Assembly (NCBI GenBank): GCA_963804645.1
Contig: CAWDRG010000001.1
Location: 96,001 to 160,000, forward strand
DNA from: an uncultured Bacillota bacterium
Lineage (GTDB): Bacteria; Sysuimicrobiota; Sysuimicrobiia; Sysuimicrobiales; Segetimicrobiaceae
DNA: 64,000 nucleotides
Direction: 5' to 3'
In this document: piece after piece, positions 1-9,564 of the stretch
Numbering within the stretch: position 1 is the first letter of the stretch
Layout: each line of letters begins with the position of its first letter
Position numbers and translations under genes: made by a program
Notes under the pieces: generated by a model
What the model was told of the DNA's origin: nothing
Databases searched by the model: none
The model's input: only the letters and a program-made list of their open reading frames with translations

Positions 1-213
1 CGCGAGGCCGGCCACGGCCCAGGTCAGGGGCAGTTCGATGACCCGATCGTCGGTGTGAATGCGCACGGCGCCCGACGGTCCCGGACGCACGATTTTCTGC
101 GCTTCCTCCATCGCGGCGCCGAAGTGCCCGAGAGCCCGCTGGACTCGCTCGATGTCGATCTCCAAAGAAACCACCTCCAGCGACTGGCCGCCGTTTGGAG
201 CGGGATCGGTCAC
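1..213 (-). CDS. Hypothetical protein, partial (runs off window start)
   Basis: Open frame from GTG at 213 (MTDPAPNGGQSLEVVSLEIDIERVQRALGHF...) to the window edge, with GC3-rich codons; no recognisable motif. Confidence 0.35.
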   Translation of the reverse strand, partial: MTDPAPNGGQSLEVVSLEIDIERVQRALGHFGAAMEEAQKIVRPGPSGAVRIHTDDRVIELPLTWAVAGLA

Positions 214-444
214 TCCCAAACGGTCCGCGTCTACAAGATTACCCCGACGGCACGGCTCCGGCAACAGGCAACGTCGGCCTGGCGCCAACGGCACCGTGAT
301 CGGCCTCGACGGCCGCAGACCGGTGCAGCGCCGCGATCGCCCATGGCGTCAAGGGTGACGGGCGCTGGAGATTGACCGTCTCTGCGCACCCCGCCGTGCG
401 GACCCGTCGCGACACCCGCTCGGTTGTCATCTCGCGCTGCTGTC

Positions 445-1738
445 GGTAGTGTCAAGTGTTTTGTGTAAATTCCCGTGAGAGAGAGCGCCTCGCCTGCCGG
501 ACATTCAGAGCCTGAACGATCGCATAGATAATCCGATCACAGCTGGCCACGTTCGTGAAGCACGTCATGGGGCGCGTGCGCCGGCGGACTTCGCGAAACA
601 CCCGTTCAATCGCGTTCGTCGTGCGCACCCGGCGCCAGTCCGCCTCGTTGACGGCATAGAAGCTGAGCAGAGCGTCCTCCTCGCGCGTCAGACAGGCGAC
701 CGCCGCGGGGGCGGTGGCCTGCCAGGCCTGGACCCACTGGCGCAGGAGGCGGCGCGCGGCGTGGGCGGTCGGCGCCTGATAGATTCGGCGCGCCATGCGC
801 AGACACGCGTCCCGGTCCTTGACCCGCAGCCGATTGGCCACGTTGCGGAGGACATGGACCCAGCACGCTTGGCGCGGGACGTCCGAATAGACCAAATCGA
901 GGGCGGCATGGAGGCCCCGCTGGCCGTCCGTCGTAATCAGCTGCAACTGCTTCCCGACTAACCCGCGGCAGGCCAGCGTCGTGAGAAAGGCTTCCCAGGT
1001 GGTTTGGGTCTCGTAGCGGGCCAGCCGGAAGTCGATCAGGTCCCGCTGCCCGGTCGGCCGAATGCCGTAGGCCACGAGAATCAAGCGGCGCTTGCTCCCC
1101 GCGAGCCCTTTCACCCGGAGGCTGACGGCGTCGAGGAACAGATACTGATAGTGATCGTCCAGCGTCCGGTGGTGGAAGGCCGCCGCGGCTTGATCCAAGG
1201 CCCGGGTGATCGTCGAGACGGTCGTGGGGCTCACGACATCGTCGAGGAGCTTGGCGAGGACGGGCCCGACCTGGCGGGTGGAGAGGCCGCCGAGGAAGAC
1301 CGCGCGGACGAGCGCGTTGACGTCACTGGTGCGGCGCTGATAGCGGCCGAGCACCGAGGGCTGGAACCCACTCTGGCGGGCCCGGGGAATATGGAGATCG
1401 GGGATGGTGCCCCACGTCGTCACCAAGCGGCGGCGGTAGACGCCATTCCGATACCCCTGCCGGTCCGGATTCCGAGTGTACCGGCCGGCATTCAGATGGT
1501 TGATCAACTCGTCATGCATCCGGTTCTCCAGCAAGAGCTTGACCGTGCGGAGCGTCTCTCGGGAGACATCCCCCCACAGGGTCGCTTCATCCTTGACCTC
1601 CTTCCAGAGATCGGCTACGGTGAGATCGGTCAGTGGTCGCACACTGGCCATGGGCGTATCCCTCCTTATGGTTGGTCAGGTCGGGGTACGCCCTCTCTTT
1701 TCGGGCTCCTGCTTTTACACACAATACCGTACACTACC
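445..1738 (-). mobile_element. IS256-family insertion sequence, copy 1 (1294 bp, intact)
   Basis: Imperfect terminal IRs: GGTAGTGTCAAGTGTTTTGTGTAAA from 445, and the reverse complement of GGTAGTGTACGGTATTGTGTGTAAA ending 1738. Flanks CTGCTGTC (437-444) and ATGCTGTC (1739-1746) form an 8-bp target duplication with one mismatch. Single Mutator-type transposase. Confidence 0.93.
452..1651 (-). CDS. IS256-family (Mutator) DDE transposase, 399 aa
   Basis: Motifs GYRNG, YLFLDA, ITTDGQRGL, QACWVH and RTTNAIERVFREVRRR; stop codon lies inside the right IR. Confidence 0.95.
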   Translation of the reverse strand: MASVRPLTDLTVADLWKEVKDEATLWGDVSRETLRTVKLLLENRMHDELINHLNAGRYTRNPDRQGYRNGVYRRRLVTTWGTIPDLHIPRARQSGFQPSVLGRYQRRTSDVNALVRAVFLGGLSTRQVGPVLAKLLDDVVSPTTVSTITRALDQAAAAFHHRTLDDHYQYLFLDAVSLRVKGLAGSKRRLILVAYGIRPTGQRDLIDFRLARYETQTTWEAFLTTLACRGLVGKQLQLITTDGQRGLHAALDLVYSDVPRQACWVHVLRNVANRLRVKDRDACLRMARRIYQAPTAHAARRLLRQWVQAWQATAPAAVACLTREEDALLSFYAVNEADWRRVRTTNAIERVFREVRRRTRPMTCFTNVASCDRIIYAIVQALNVRQARRSLSREFTQNT

Positions 1739-1843
1739 ATGCTGTCCGAACGGTCGCCGAGAGATGGTATATGGTATATGATAGAAGAGGCGCCACGACA
1801 GAGGGGCGCCCCGCACCCATGTCCTCACACCAGAGGTCGCGAC

Positions 1844-2524
1844 ATGGCCAGCGCTACGGCACCTGCGTTCGATCTCAGACCATTTCTCGCAAAGACCGGA
1901 CCCGGACGAACCGTGGTCACGTTCCGAAAGGGAGATACGCTGTTCTCGCAAGGAGAACCGGCCGCCACCGTGTTCTACCTGCTCAGCGGCAAGGTCAAGC
2001 TGATGGTGGTCTCCCAGCAGGGAAAGGAAGCCGTGATCGCGATGCTGGGGCCCGACGACTTCCTCGGCGAGGGCACCCTCGCGGGCCAGCCCCTTCGTAT
2101 GGCGACGGCCACCGCGATGAGCGATGGCTCCGTGTTGAAAATCGAGAAGAAGACGATCGTCCGCCTGTTACATGAGCAGCCCAAATTCTCAGAACTGTTT
2201 ATGGCGTATCTGCTGGCCCGCAATGTTCGGATTGAGGAGGACTTGGTCGACCAGCTCTTCAATTCGAGTGAAAAGCGCTTGGCGCGGATTCTCCTGCTGC
2301 TCTCGCGCGTCGCCACCGTTGACAGCACGACGATGCCCGTACCCAAGATCAGTCAAGAAACGCTGGCGGAGATGATCGGCACCACTCGAGAACGCGTGAA
2401 TTTCTTCATGAACAAGTTCAGAAAACTCGGGTTCATCAAGTATAACGGTGGGCTGAGCGTCCACAGTTCGCTCGTCAATGTCGTGCTCTACGACAAGTTC
2501 CCCAAACCTCGTTTACGCGAGTAG
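1844..2524 (+). CDS. Crp/Fnr family transcriptional regulator
   Basis: cNMP-binding domain (LFSQGEPA...GPDDFLGE) and C-terminal HTH (ISQETLAEMIGTTRERVNFFMNKFRKLGFI). The longer ORF from 1004 is an antisense extension into the IS. Confidence 0.92.
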   Translation: MASATAPAFDLRPFLAKTGPGRTVVTFRKGDTLFSQGEPAATVFYLLSGKVKLMVVSQQGKEAVIAMLGPDDFLGEGTLAGQPLRMATATAMSDGSVLKIEKKTIVRLLHEQPKFSELFMAYLLARNVRIEEDLVDQLFNSSEKRLARILLLLSRVATVDSTTMPVPKISQETLAEMIGTTRERVNFFMNKFRKLGFIKYNGGLSVHSSLVNVVLYDKFPKPRLRE

Positions 2525-2663
2525 GGCGCGGCACTACGACGGACCGTCATCGGCGCGGTGCCGCTGGCGGCCTGTATCATTTCGCACAGTCCTCGTGCCC
2601 GGGCTGTGCTACGCTTTTGTGAAGGATCGTTCGTACAAGTCTCGCGACGAGGAGGACAACCCA

Positions 2664-2900
2664 ATGAGATTCTTGCGGAAGACGACGGTCGTGATGCTCG
2701 GTGCCCTGATGATCTCGGCAGCCTGCATGGGGGCGGCGTCGGCCCAGCAGTATGCAAACGTCACGAACCTGACTCCGTTTACGGCACAGGCGGACTTCAT
2801 GTCGCTGGCCGGTTATCTGCGGTACGTCTCGTACGAGCAGACCAATCTCTGGATCACTCACACCGAAGCCCTACGGATCGTCCAACAGGAAGGCAAGTAA
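2664..2900 (+). CDS. Small secreted hypothetical protein (78 aa)
   Basis: GGAGGA RBS and Sec-type signal peptide (MRFLRKTTVVMLGALMISAACMGAASA), followed by a strong hairpin. Confidence 0.75.
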   Translation: MRFLRKTTVVMLGALMISAACMGAASAQQYANVTNLTPFTAQADFMSLAGYLRYVSYEQTNLWITHTEALRIVQQEGK

Positions 2901-2913
2901 CCGCAGGATGGCA

Positions 2914-2951
2914 CAGACTAGGCTTCGCGGCATGACGCGGAGCCTAGTCTG
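2914..2951. terminator. Strong hairpin, probable terminator
   Basis: CAGACTAGGCTTCGCG-N6-CGCGGAGCCTAGTCTG, just after the stop at 2900. Confidence 0.55.
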
Positions 2952-3267
2952 CGGACCCACTCCCCCCCTACGCCACCCGGTCGAGCCTTCGCGCGATTGC
3001 GCCGTCAGACCATCCGGTGGCGCACGGGTAGCTTCCCAAGCGCTCCGCTCGCGATTCAGCCGTGTTCCGCGCCGCCTCCGGGGACAACCCGCCGGAACGA
3101 CCCATCCCCGCCGCGCCTCATGCGCAGCCGGAAACGTCCGTGTGGGCCCGGAATGACGAGACCGGGGCGGCGTGCCGGACGCCGCCCCGATGCTTACGGT
3201 CACCGACCAATGCGCACAAGAGGTCTCGAAGTTAGCTTCGCGGTGCGAACTGATCGCTGCCGGAGTA

Positions 3268-3537
3268 CTAGATCACTCCGCCGTACCGCCTCCCGCCGAT
3301 CTGTCGTGCCAACCAGAGCACGACCACGGCGCCGACAAACGCCACGATGATGGACCCGAGATTCACGCCCGTGACGCCGGCGTGTCCAAAGTAGCCGAAG
3401 AACCAGCCGCCCACAATCGCGCCGACAATACCAATCAGCATATCGCCAAGCAACCCCGCGGGACCCGCACCCGGAATCATCATTTTCGCCAGCCAGCCCG
3501 CGACCACTCCAACCACAATCCATGACAGGATAGTCAT
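3268..3537 (-). CDS. GlsB/YeaQ/YmgE (transglycosylase-associated) membrane protein
   Basis: ILSWIVVGVVAGWLAKMMIPG...GIVGAIVGG...AFVGAVVVL pattern; AGGAGA RBS. Confidence 0.9.
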   Translation of the reverse strand: MTILSWIVVGVVAGWLAKMMIPGAGPAGLLGDMLIGIVGAIVGGWFFGYFGHAGVTGVNLGSIIVAFVGAVVVLWLARQIGGRRYGGVI

Positions 3538-4263
3538 CGCCCGATCTCCTCTCTGCGCTCGGTGCGCGCGTGCCACCGATGCGTTGACACGTCGATCGTG
3601 GAATCGCTCGCGTCGTCCCGCGCGTCCACCAGTGCACACGCCGAGTCCGCGCGCGCATCACTCACACGTCCCGTTGCGTCCGCGTTCAATTCGGTGCTGA
3701 CTGAGCGTATCAGGACGCGGGCGTCGGGACTGTGCCATTCGTCACACCGTCACCGACGTACGGATGCCGTGGTGCCGTGCGCGTGCGGGTCACCGAGGGC
3801 GTGCGGCCGATGCCGATGATCGCGCATCACGTGAGCGCGGAGATATGCCGAGCATCGCGGCACGTGCGACAACACTCCACGATGGGGACGAGCGAGATGT
3901 ACCAAATTGCACTGTATCGTCGCGGTGTCCATGACATAATGCAAGTGTGCGGAAGCGATGTTCTGCGGAACAACGGGATGCAGCAACCCTCGCCAGCGTG
4001 AAGCGAGAAATGGCGGAACCTCGTATGTCCCTCTCTGCCCGAATGGAGCCGGCCGCCGAGCGGGCGGCCACCCTCGGTAGTCTGGGGCGTCTCGGCACAC
4101 CACTTCTCGACCCTGCGTCCGCTCGAGTGGGCCGCCCCCGTCTTCGTGCCGACCGTGCGCGGCGGAAGAGTACTCGAGTCGCGAGGCATCGGTAAGCGTC
4201 ACTCCGCGGGTCGATCAAACCTGCGCCGCGGCCGAAGCGCCGACTGAACCCGACGGGCGACCG

Positions 4264-5040
4264 CTACAGAGGCTCACGCAAACGACCGATCACCAACGGG
4301 GCCTTCAGCTTCGCGTCCAGATGGTACTCGAGATGCGTCTGGACAAGGCGCGACACGTCACGCCGCGACGTCAACGGGAGGCGCAGACGCGCGGCCTGCC
4401 CGGTCGCGGTCCGCAGGAGGAACCCGCAGGTCGCGAGCACACCGGGCGTGACGCGAGACGCGGCCGCATCACCGGCCGCGCACTCTGGGCACAGGGCACC
4501 GCCGAGCGCCGGATTGAAGCCCCACGCGCGGACCGGTCCAGCAGCATCTTGGGGCAGCGCGCGCCCGCACGCAACGCACGCCTCCACCTCGGGCCGGTAG
4601 CCAAGATCCGAGGCCAGCCGCAGCGCGAACCACAGCGTCTGGACTTCCACCTCATCCTCTCCAGAGTGTTCCAGCGCGCCAAGGACGTCGAGGATCAGCG
4701 CGAAGACGTCGTCCTGCCGGTCGCGTTCAGGCAGAAACCGGTCCACGAGCTCGGCGACGTAGGACGCGTACGCCGACCGGAGGAGCTCGCTGCGCAGCCC
4801 GGAGAACGACCGGATCACTTCGACCTGGGCGATCACATCGAGCGAGCGCCCCCGCGCGAGCAGAAACCGCGCGTAGGTAAACGGCTCGACCCGGCCGCCG
4901 AGCCGGCTCGCGGTCCGGCGCGTTCCGCGGGCGACCGCCCGGAGTTTTCCGTACTCGCGGGTGAACAGCGTGATCGTCCGGTCCGCCTCGCCGATCGCGT
5001 AGCGGCGCAACACGATTCCCTCGGCCTTATAGACCGGCAC
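4264..5040 (-). CDS. recO: DNA repair protein RecO
   Basis: EGIVLRR..GEADRTITLFTREYGKLRAVARG OB-fold; Zn finger CVACG...CPEC. Confidence 0.96.
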   Translation of the reverse strand: MPVYKAEGIVLRRYAIGEADRTITLFTREYGKLRAVARGTRRTASRLGGRVEPFTYARFLLARGRSLDVIAQVEVIRSFSGLRSELLRSAYASYVAELVDRFLPERDRQDDVFALILDVLGALEHSGEDEVEVQTLWFALRLASDLGYRPEVEACVACGRALPQDAAGPVRAWGFNPALGGALCPECAAGDAAASRVTPGVLATCGFLLRTATGQAARLRLPLTSRRDVSRLVQTHLEYHLDAKLKAPLVIGRLREPL

Positions 5041-5485
5041 GCCGAGCCTTCCGGGCGCGCTCGCGACGCGCGCGCGTCATGAACGGGCGCGGGAGGAGCT
5101 CCCGCAGGGCCACGGACTCCGGAGCCGCGCCCGACGCGGCCAAGATCACCGTCTCCACCCCGAACTCGTCCATCACCTGCCGGCACGCCCCGCACGGGGT
5201 GATGCCGGATGGTCCGGCGACCGCCAGCGCCCGGAGCCGGCGGCGGCCGGCGGCCACCGCCGCGTGGACCGCGACGCGCTCGGCGCACACGGTCAAGCCG
5301 TACGACGCGTTCTCCACGTTGCACCCGGCATAGATCGTCCCGTCCGTGGCCAGCACCGCCGCCCCGACGGCAAACCGGGAGTACGGAGCGTACGCGCGCC
5401 GCCGGGCGGCGCGCGCCGCGCGCACGAGGCGCGCCCGGGCGAGCTCTGTGACACCGGTCGAGACGCCGTTCATGCTCCTCACCAT
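5027..5485 (-). CDS. cdd: Cytidine deaminase
   Basis: AYAPYSRFAVGAA, GCNVENASYGLTVCAER and PCGACRQ motifs; start could also be 5473. Confidence 0.95.
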   Translation of the reverse strand: MVRSMNGVSTGVTELARARLVRAARAARRRAYAPYSRFAVGAAVLATDGTIYAGCNVENASYGLTVCAERVAVHAAVAAGRRRLRALAVAGPSGITPCGACRQVMDEFGVETVILAASGAAPESVALRELLPRPFMTRARRERARKARRAGL

Positions 5486-5520
5486 CCCCCTCTCCCGCGA
5501 CCCTCGTCGACGCGCCCGCA

Positions 5521-6102
5521 CTAGGACGAACCGGCGCCGCGTGCCTCGACCAAGCGGTGGACATCCGCCACCTGCGCTTGGATCTGCTGAAGCGTCTCGT
5601 GAAGATGGCGCATCCGCTCCTCCGCGGTCGTGCTCGGCACCACGCTGATCACGCCACCCGTTTCCAGCACCGCTTCCGCCACCTGCCCCACCGTGGCCAG
5701 CCCCTGCTTGCGAACCGCCTCCATCAGCTGCCCCTCGCTGATCGCTTCTTTGGCGAGGTTCCGTCGGAGCACCTTGCCGTCCTTGATCAGCAGGGTCGGC
5801 CCGCCCTCTACCAACCGGTCAAGCCGGGGACGGACGTACAGCAAGCGTACCACGACGTAGTTCACGAGCAGGAGGGCGCTGACGCCGATGAGGCCGCCGA
5901 CCAGCGAGTTATCGTTCCCGATCGTCGCGTTTTGGACGGTATTCGCCAGCATCATGAGCACGACAAGATCGAACGAGTTGAGCTGGGCGAGCTCCCGCCG
6001 GCCCGCCAGACGCAGGACCAAGACCAGGAAGAGGTACACCAGGATCGGCCGAATAATCTTCTCGGCCACCGAAAGTTCCGGAACGAACATGTTATGCCAC
6101 AC
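5521..6102 (-). CDS. DUF421/YetF family membrane protein
   Basis: RLAGRRELAQLNSFDLVV, EGGPTLLIKDGKV and AVLETGGVISV; GGAGGG RBS before GTG at 6102. Confidence 0.88.
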   Translation of the reverse strand: MWHNMFVPELSVAEKIIRPILVYLFLVLVLRLAGRRELAQLNSFDLVVLMMLANTVQNATIGNDNSLVGGLIGVSALLLVNYVVVRLLYVRPRLDRLVEGGPTLLIKDGKVLRRNLAKEAISEGQLMEAVRKQGLATVGQVAEAVLETGGVISVVPSTTAEERMRHLHETLQQIQAQVADVHRLVEARGAGSS

Positions 6103-6302
6103 GTGACGCCCCCTCCCTAATGAGGACTGACTCGGGAGCGCGAGCGTGCGGCTCCCCCGACGTGCTTTCCCCGAACGCGTTCCCCCCGCACGATAAACGC
6201 CCGGCTTCCGGCGTCCGTACCCGCCGCGGGAACCTCTCACGACGGGCGCGAACGCCTTCGAGAGACGCCCGAGACCCCGCGGGCAGTCTGGAGGCATCCA
6301 CG

Positions 6303-7394
6303 ATGAGCATAGACGCCGGTCCACGAACCGGCCACCCGTATTTCATGCACGATGCGATCCTCGGACAGCCCGAGGCGTTCGCGCGCGTCATCGACCGCGT
6401 CGAGGCCTCCGCGGATGCGATCACGGAGCGGCTGGCCGGGGCCGCGCGGGTGTTCCTCGTCGGAATCGGAACGTCCTATCACGCCGCGCAGATCGGCGAG
6501 TATCTCATGCGGGCCTATGCGGGAGGCGTTCCGGTTCAAGCGATCCATGCGTTCGAGTTCGCGCTGTACGGGCCGCCGATCGGCCCACGGGACGCGGTCG
6601 TCGGCGTGAGCCACCGGGGCACCAAACGCTACACCGGCGCCGCGCTCGCGCGCGCCCGCGAGGCGGGATGCGCCACCGCGCTGATCACCGGCGAGGCCGG
6701 CACCGCGGCCGTCCCCGAGGTGGACCAGCTCCTGCGCACCGTACCGCAGGAGCGGTCGTCCGCGCACACGATCAGCTACACGGGCTCCGTGGCGGCGCTT
6801 GCGGCGCTCGCGGACCGGGTCGGCGGACGCCGCCAGGGCCGCCGACCGCTCGGGCCCGCATACCTTCGAACTGACATCCCCACCGCCTTGCGCGCGGCGC
6901 TCGCCACGGAGCCCGGCGTCGAGGCACTCGCGCGGACGCTCGCCGGGCGCCGACGCGTCTGGTTGGTCGGCGGAGGGCCGGGCGCGGTCGTCGCCAGCGA
7001 GATCGCGCTCAAGATCAAGGAGACCTCGTACCTGCAGGCCGAGGGGCTGAGCGTCGAAGCGATGTTGCACGGACCGTTCCAGTGTGTCGATCCCGAGGAC
7101 CTCTTCGTCTTGATCGCCCAAGAGGGCCCGTCCGCGGGGCGCGTCGCCGAACTCGCGGCCCAGGTGCGGACGATCGGCGCGGGGCTGCTCGTCGTCGGCG
7201 ACGACACCGCGCGGCGGATCGACGATGCCGCGTGCCTCGTCCCTCACGTGCCCGAACCGTTCGCCGGGCTCACGTGTGCGGTGCCACTGCAGCTGTTTGC
7301 GTATCATCTGGCGCTCGTGCGCGGCACGAACCCCGACGGCTTTCGGCTCGACGACCCGCGCTTCGCGCGCGCGTACAAACAGGCCACCCTGTAG
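6303..7394 (+). CDS. Two-SIS-domain sugar-phosphate isomerase/deaminase (GlmS isomerase-like, no glutaminase domain)
   Basis: MHDAILGQP, GIGTSYHAA, VSHRG and EIALKIKETSY...EAMLHGP. Confidence 0.85.
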   Translation: MSIDAGPRTGHPYFMHDAILGQPEAFARVIDRVEASADAITERLAGAARVFLVGIGTSYHAAQIGEYLMRAYAGGVPVQAIHAFEFALYGPPIGPRDAVVGVSHRGTKRYTGAALARAREAGCATALITGEAGTAAVPEVDQLLRTVPQERSSAHTISYTGSVAALAALADRVGGRRQGRRPLGPAYLRTDIPTALRAALATEPGVEALARTLAGRRRVWLVGGGPGAVVASEIALKIKETSYLQAEGLSVEAMLHGPFQCVDPEDLFVLIAQEGPSAGRVAELAAQVRTIGAGLLVVGDDTARRIDDAACLVPHVPEPFAGLTCAVPLQLFAYHLALVRGTNPDGFRLDDPRFARAYKQATL

Positions 7395-7440
7395 CGCCCG
7401 CGTGCCGCACCCCCGCGCCGACCCGCCGCGTGGACAGCCC

Positions 7441-8682
7441 GTGCGCCGGACGCACGGACAGGGCGCCGGCCCAACGCGTACGCGCGGTTCCCGCGCGGCC
7501 CGGGCACCCGTCGGCGCGCCGTCGGATCGAGCGGACGACCGGCACACGCGCGAGCTGCGCATTCTGAACGCGATCGCCGAAGCCCTCAACAGCGCTCCCG
7601 ACGTCCAGCGCGCGCTCGAGCGCACACTCGCGATGGTGGCGGAGCTTCTCGGACTGCGCACGGGGTGGGTCTGGCTCCGAGACCCCGACTCCGGACGCTT
7701 CTACAACGCGGCGGCGCAGGATCTGCCGCCGTACCTGCAGGCGCCCGTGCGGATGACGGGACGCTCGTGCTGGTGCCTCGACGAGTTCCAGGCGGGCGAA
7801 CTCGCCCCGCAAAACATCGATGTGATGGAGTGCAGCCGTCTGCGGCCAGCGGTGAAGCGCCAGGCCATCGAACTGACCCAAGGCCTCGCGTACCACGCGA
7901 GCATTCCGCTGTATTTCCGCGACACCCCGCTCGGCGTCATGAACGTGACGGGACCGTCGTGGCGGCAGCTGACCGCGGACGAGCTGCGGCTGCTCTCGAC
8001 GATCGCCTACCAGGTGGGCATCGCGATCGAGCGCGCGCGCCTCGCCGAGGAAACGGCCCGCCTGGCGCGGGCCGAGGAGCGCGCGCGCCTCGCCCGGGAA
8101 ATTCACGACACGCTTGCGCAGGCGCTCACCGCGATTGCGCTCCACCTGGAAGCGGCTGTCGGCCAGCTCGAACGCGATCCGGCGCGCAGCCGCCAGCGGA
8201 TCCTGCGGGCGCTGGACGTCACCCGCGCCAGCCTGGAGGAGGCCCGGGGCTCCGTGCTGAATCTGCGCGCCTCCCCGCTTGCCGGACGGCCGCTGCCGGA
8301 AGCACTCGCCGCGCTGGCCCGGACGGTGACCGCGGAAAGCGGGATCCGCGTGCGGGTCGACGCGTCCGGCGTCCCGCGGCTCCCCGCGCGAACCGAGTCC
8401 GAGCTGTTCCGCATCGCGCAGGAGGCCCTCACCAATGTGCGCCGGCACGCGGAGGCGACCGAGGCGACGATCACGCTCGGGGCGAGCGCGTGCCGCGTCC
8501 GCCTGATCGTCCGCGACAACGGCCGCGGCTTCGCACCCGGCCGCATCGGGGAAGGCCATCTTGGGCTCGTGGGGATGCGCGAGCGGGCCCAGCTCCTGCG
8601 AGGCACGCTGCGGGTACGCAGCACCCCGGGCCGCGGGACAGTCATCACCGCGTCGTGCCCGCACGCCGACGCGTCCCGATGA
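7441..8682 (+). CDS. GAF-domain sensor histidine kinase (NarX-like, HisKA_3)
   Basis: GAF domain, EERARLAREIHDTLAQ H-box, QEALTNVRRHA, DNGRGF and GLVGMRERA; start uncertain. Confidence 0.9.
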   Translation: MRRTHGQGAGPTRTRGSRAARAPVGAPSDRADDRHTRELRILNAIAEALNSAPDVQRALERTLAMVAELLGLRTGWVWLRDPDSGRFYNAAAQDLPPYLQAPVRMTGRSCWCLDEFQAGELAPQNIDVMECSRLRPAVKRQAIELTQGLAYHASIPLYFRDTPLGVMNVTGPSWRQLTADELRLLSTIAYQVGIAIERARLAEETARLARAEERARLAREIHDTLAQALTAIALHLEAAVGQLERDPARSRQRILRALDVTRASLEEARGSVLNLRASPLAGRPLPEALAALARTVTAESGIRVRVDASGVPRLPARTESELFRIAQEALTNVRRHAEATEATITLGASACRVRLIVRDNGRGFAPGRIGEGHLGLVGMRERAQLLRGTLRVRSTPGRGTVITASCPHADASR

Positions 8683-9299
8683 TCCGCATTCTCGTCGTCG
8701 ACGATCATCCCGTGGTCCGCGAAGGCCTCGTCGCGATCCTCGAGGACGAGCGGGACTTTCAGGTCATGGCGGCCGTGGGGTCCGCCGAAGCGGCGGTCGA
8801 AGCGGCCGGGCGCGGCCGGCCCGACATCATCCTCCTCGACCTCGAACTCCCGCACGTCGACGGCGTCGACGCGATCCCCCGCCTCGCCGCGGTCTCCCCA
8901 GGCGCGCGCGTCGTCGTGCTCACCGCGTACGACACGGAAGAGCGCGTCCTCGGCGCGCTCCGCGCCGGGGCCTGCGGCTACCTCTTGAAGGGCGCCACCG
9001 CTGAGGAGATCGGACGGGCGATTCGGGCGGTCCACGCCGGGGGGTCATACCTGAGCGCGCGGATCGCCGCGACGGTGCTGACGCAGGTGCGCGATCCGGC
9101 GCGCACCACGGTGCTCACCCGGCGAGAACGGATGGTGCTGCGCCTCGTCGCCGACGGGTTGTCGAGCAAAGCGATCGCCCGGCGGCTCGAGATCACGGAG
9201 CGGACGGTGAAGTTCCACGTCGGCTCGATCCTAAACAAGCTCGGCGCTGGCACCCGCGCGCAGGCCGTCGCGGAGGCCGCGCGGCGCGGACTGCTCTAG
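8679..9299 (+). CDS. NarL/FixJ family response regulator
   Basis: MIRILVVDDHPVVREG receiver domain and LuxR HTH (LTRRE...TVKFHVGSILNKL); ATGA overlap with the kinase. Confidence 0.95.
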   Translation: MIRILVVDDHPVVREGLVAILEDERDFQVMAAVGSAEAAVEAAGRGRPDIILLDLELPHVDGVDAIPRLAAVSPGARVVVLTAYDTEERVLGALRAGACGYLLKGATAEEIGRAIRAVHAGGSYLSARIAATVLTQVRDPARTTVLTRRERMVLRLVADGLSSKAIARRLEITERTVKFHVGSILNKLGAGTRAQAVAEAARRGLL

Positions 9300-9564
9300 C
9301 ACCGACTCGGGCCCCCGCTACCTCCCGCGATCCCGCGTCAGCGCCTCCGGGAACCTGTGGTACAACATACGTTCGTGTAGGCCGATCCGTCTGGGCCTCA
9401 CCCATACGGGGCACACCACAAGCGGGCGTGGTTGCGTTCGGCACTGACGCACCCGCCGGAGTCTGGCGATCAAGATGCAGCCACACACTGCGGTCCGGCG
9501 TCGCGTCGGGCCGACGCTGGACCTGACCCGCCGATCATGACGCGGTCCCCCCGGTGATCGCCCC

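Noticed and set aside
1004..1843. N-terminal half of the 506-aa ORF as part of the Crp protein; similarly the 52117-52521 extension of murJ
   Set aside because: Antisense read-through into IS256; the real starts are at 1844 and about 52116
3540..4260. ~720-bp gap with several short ORFs, possible ncRNA
   Set aside because: No ORF with a convincing RBS or motif, and no RNA family or promoter-terminator pair that I can recognise
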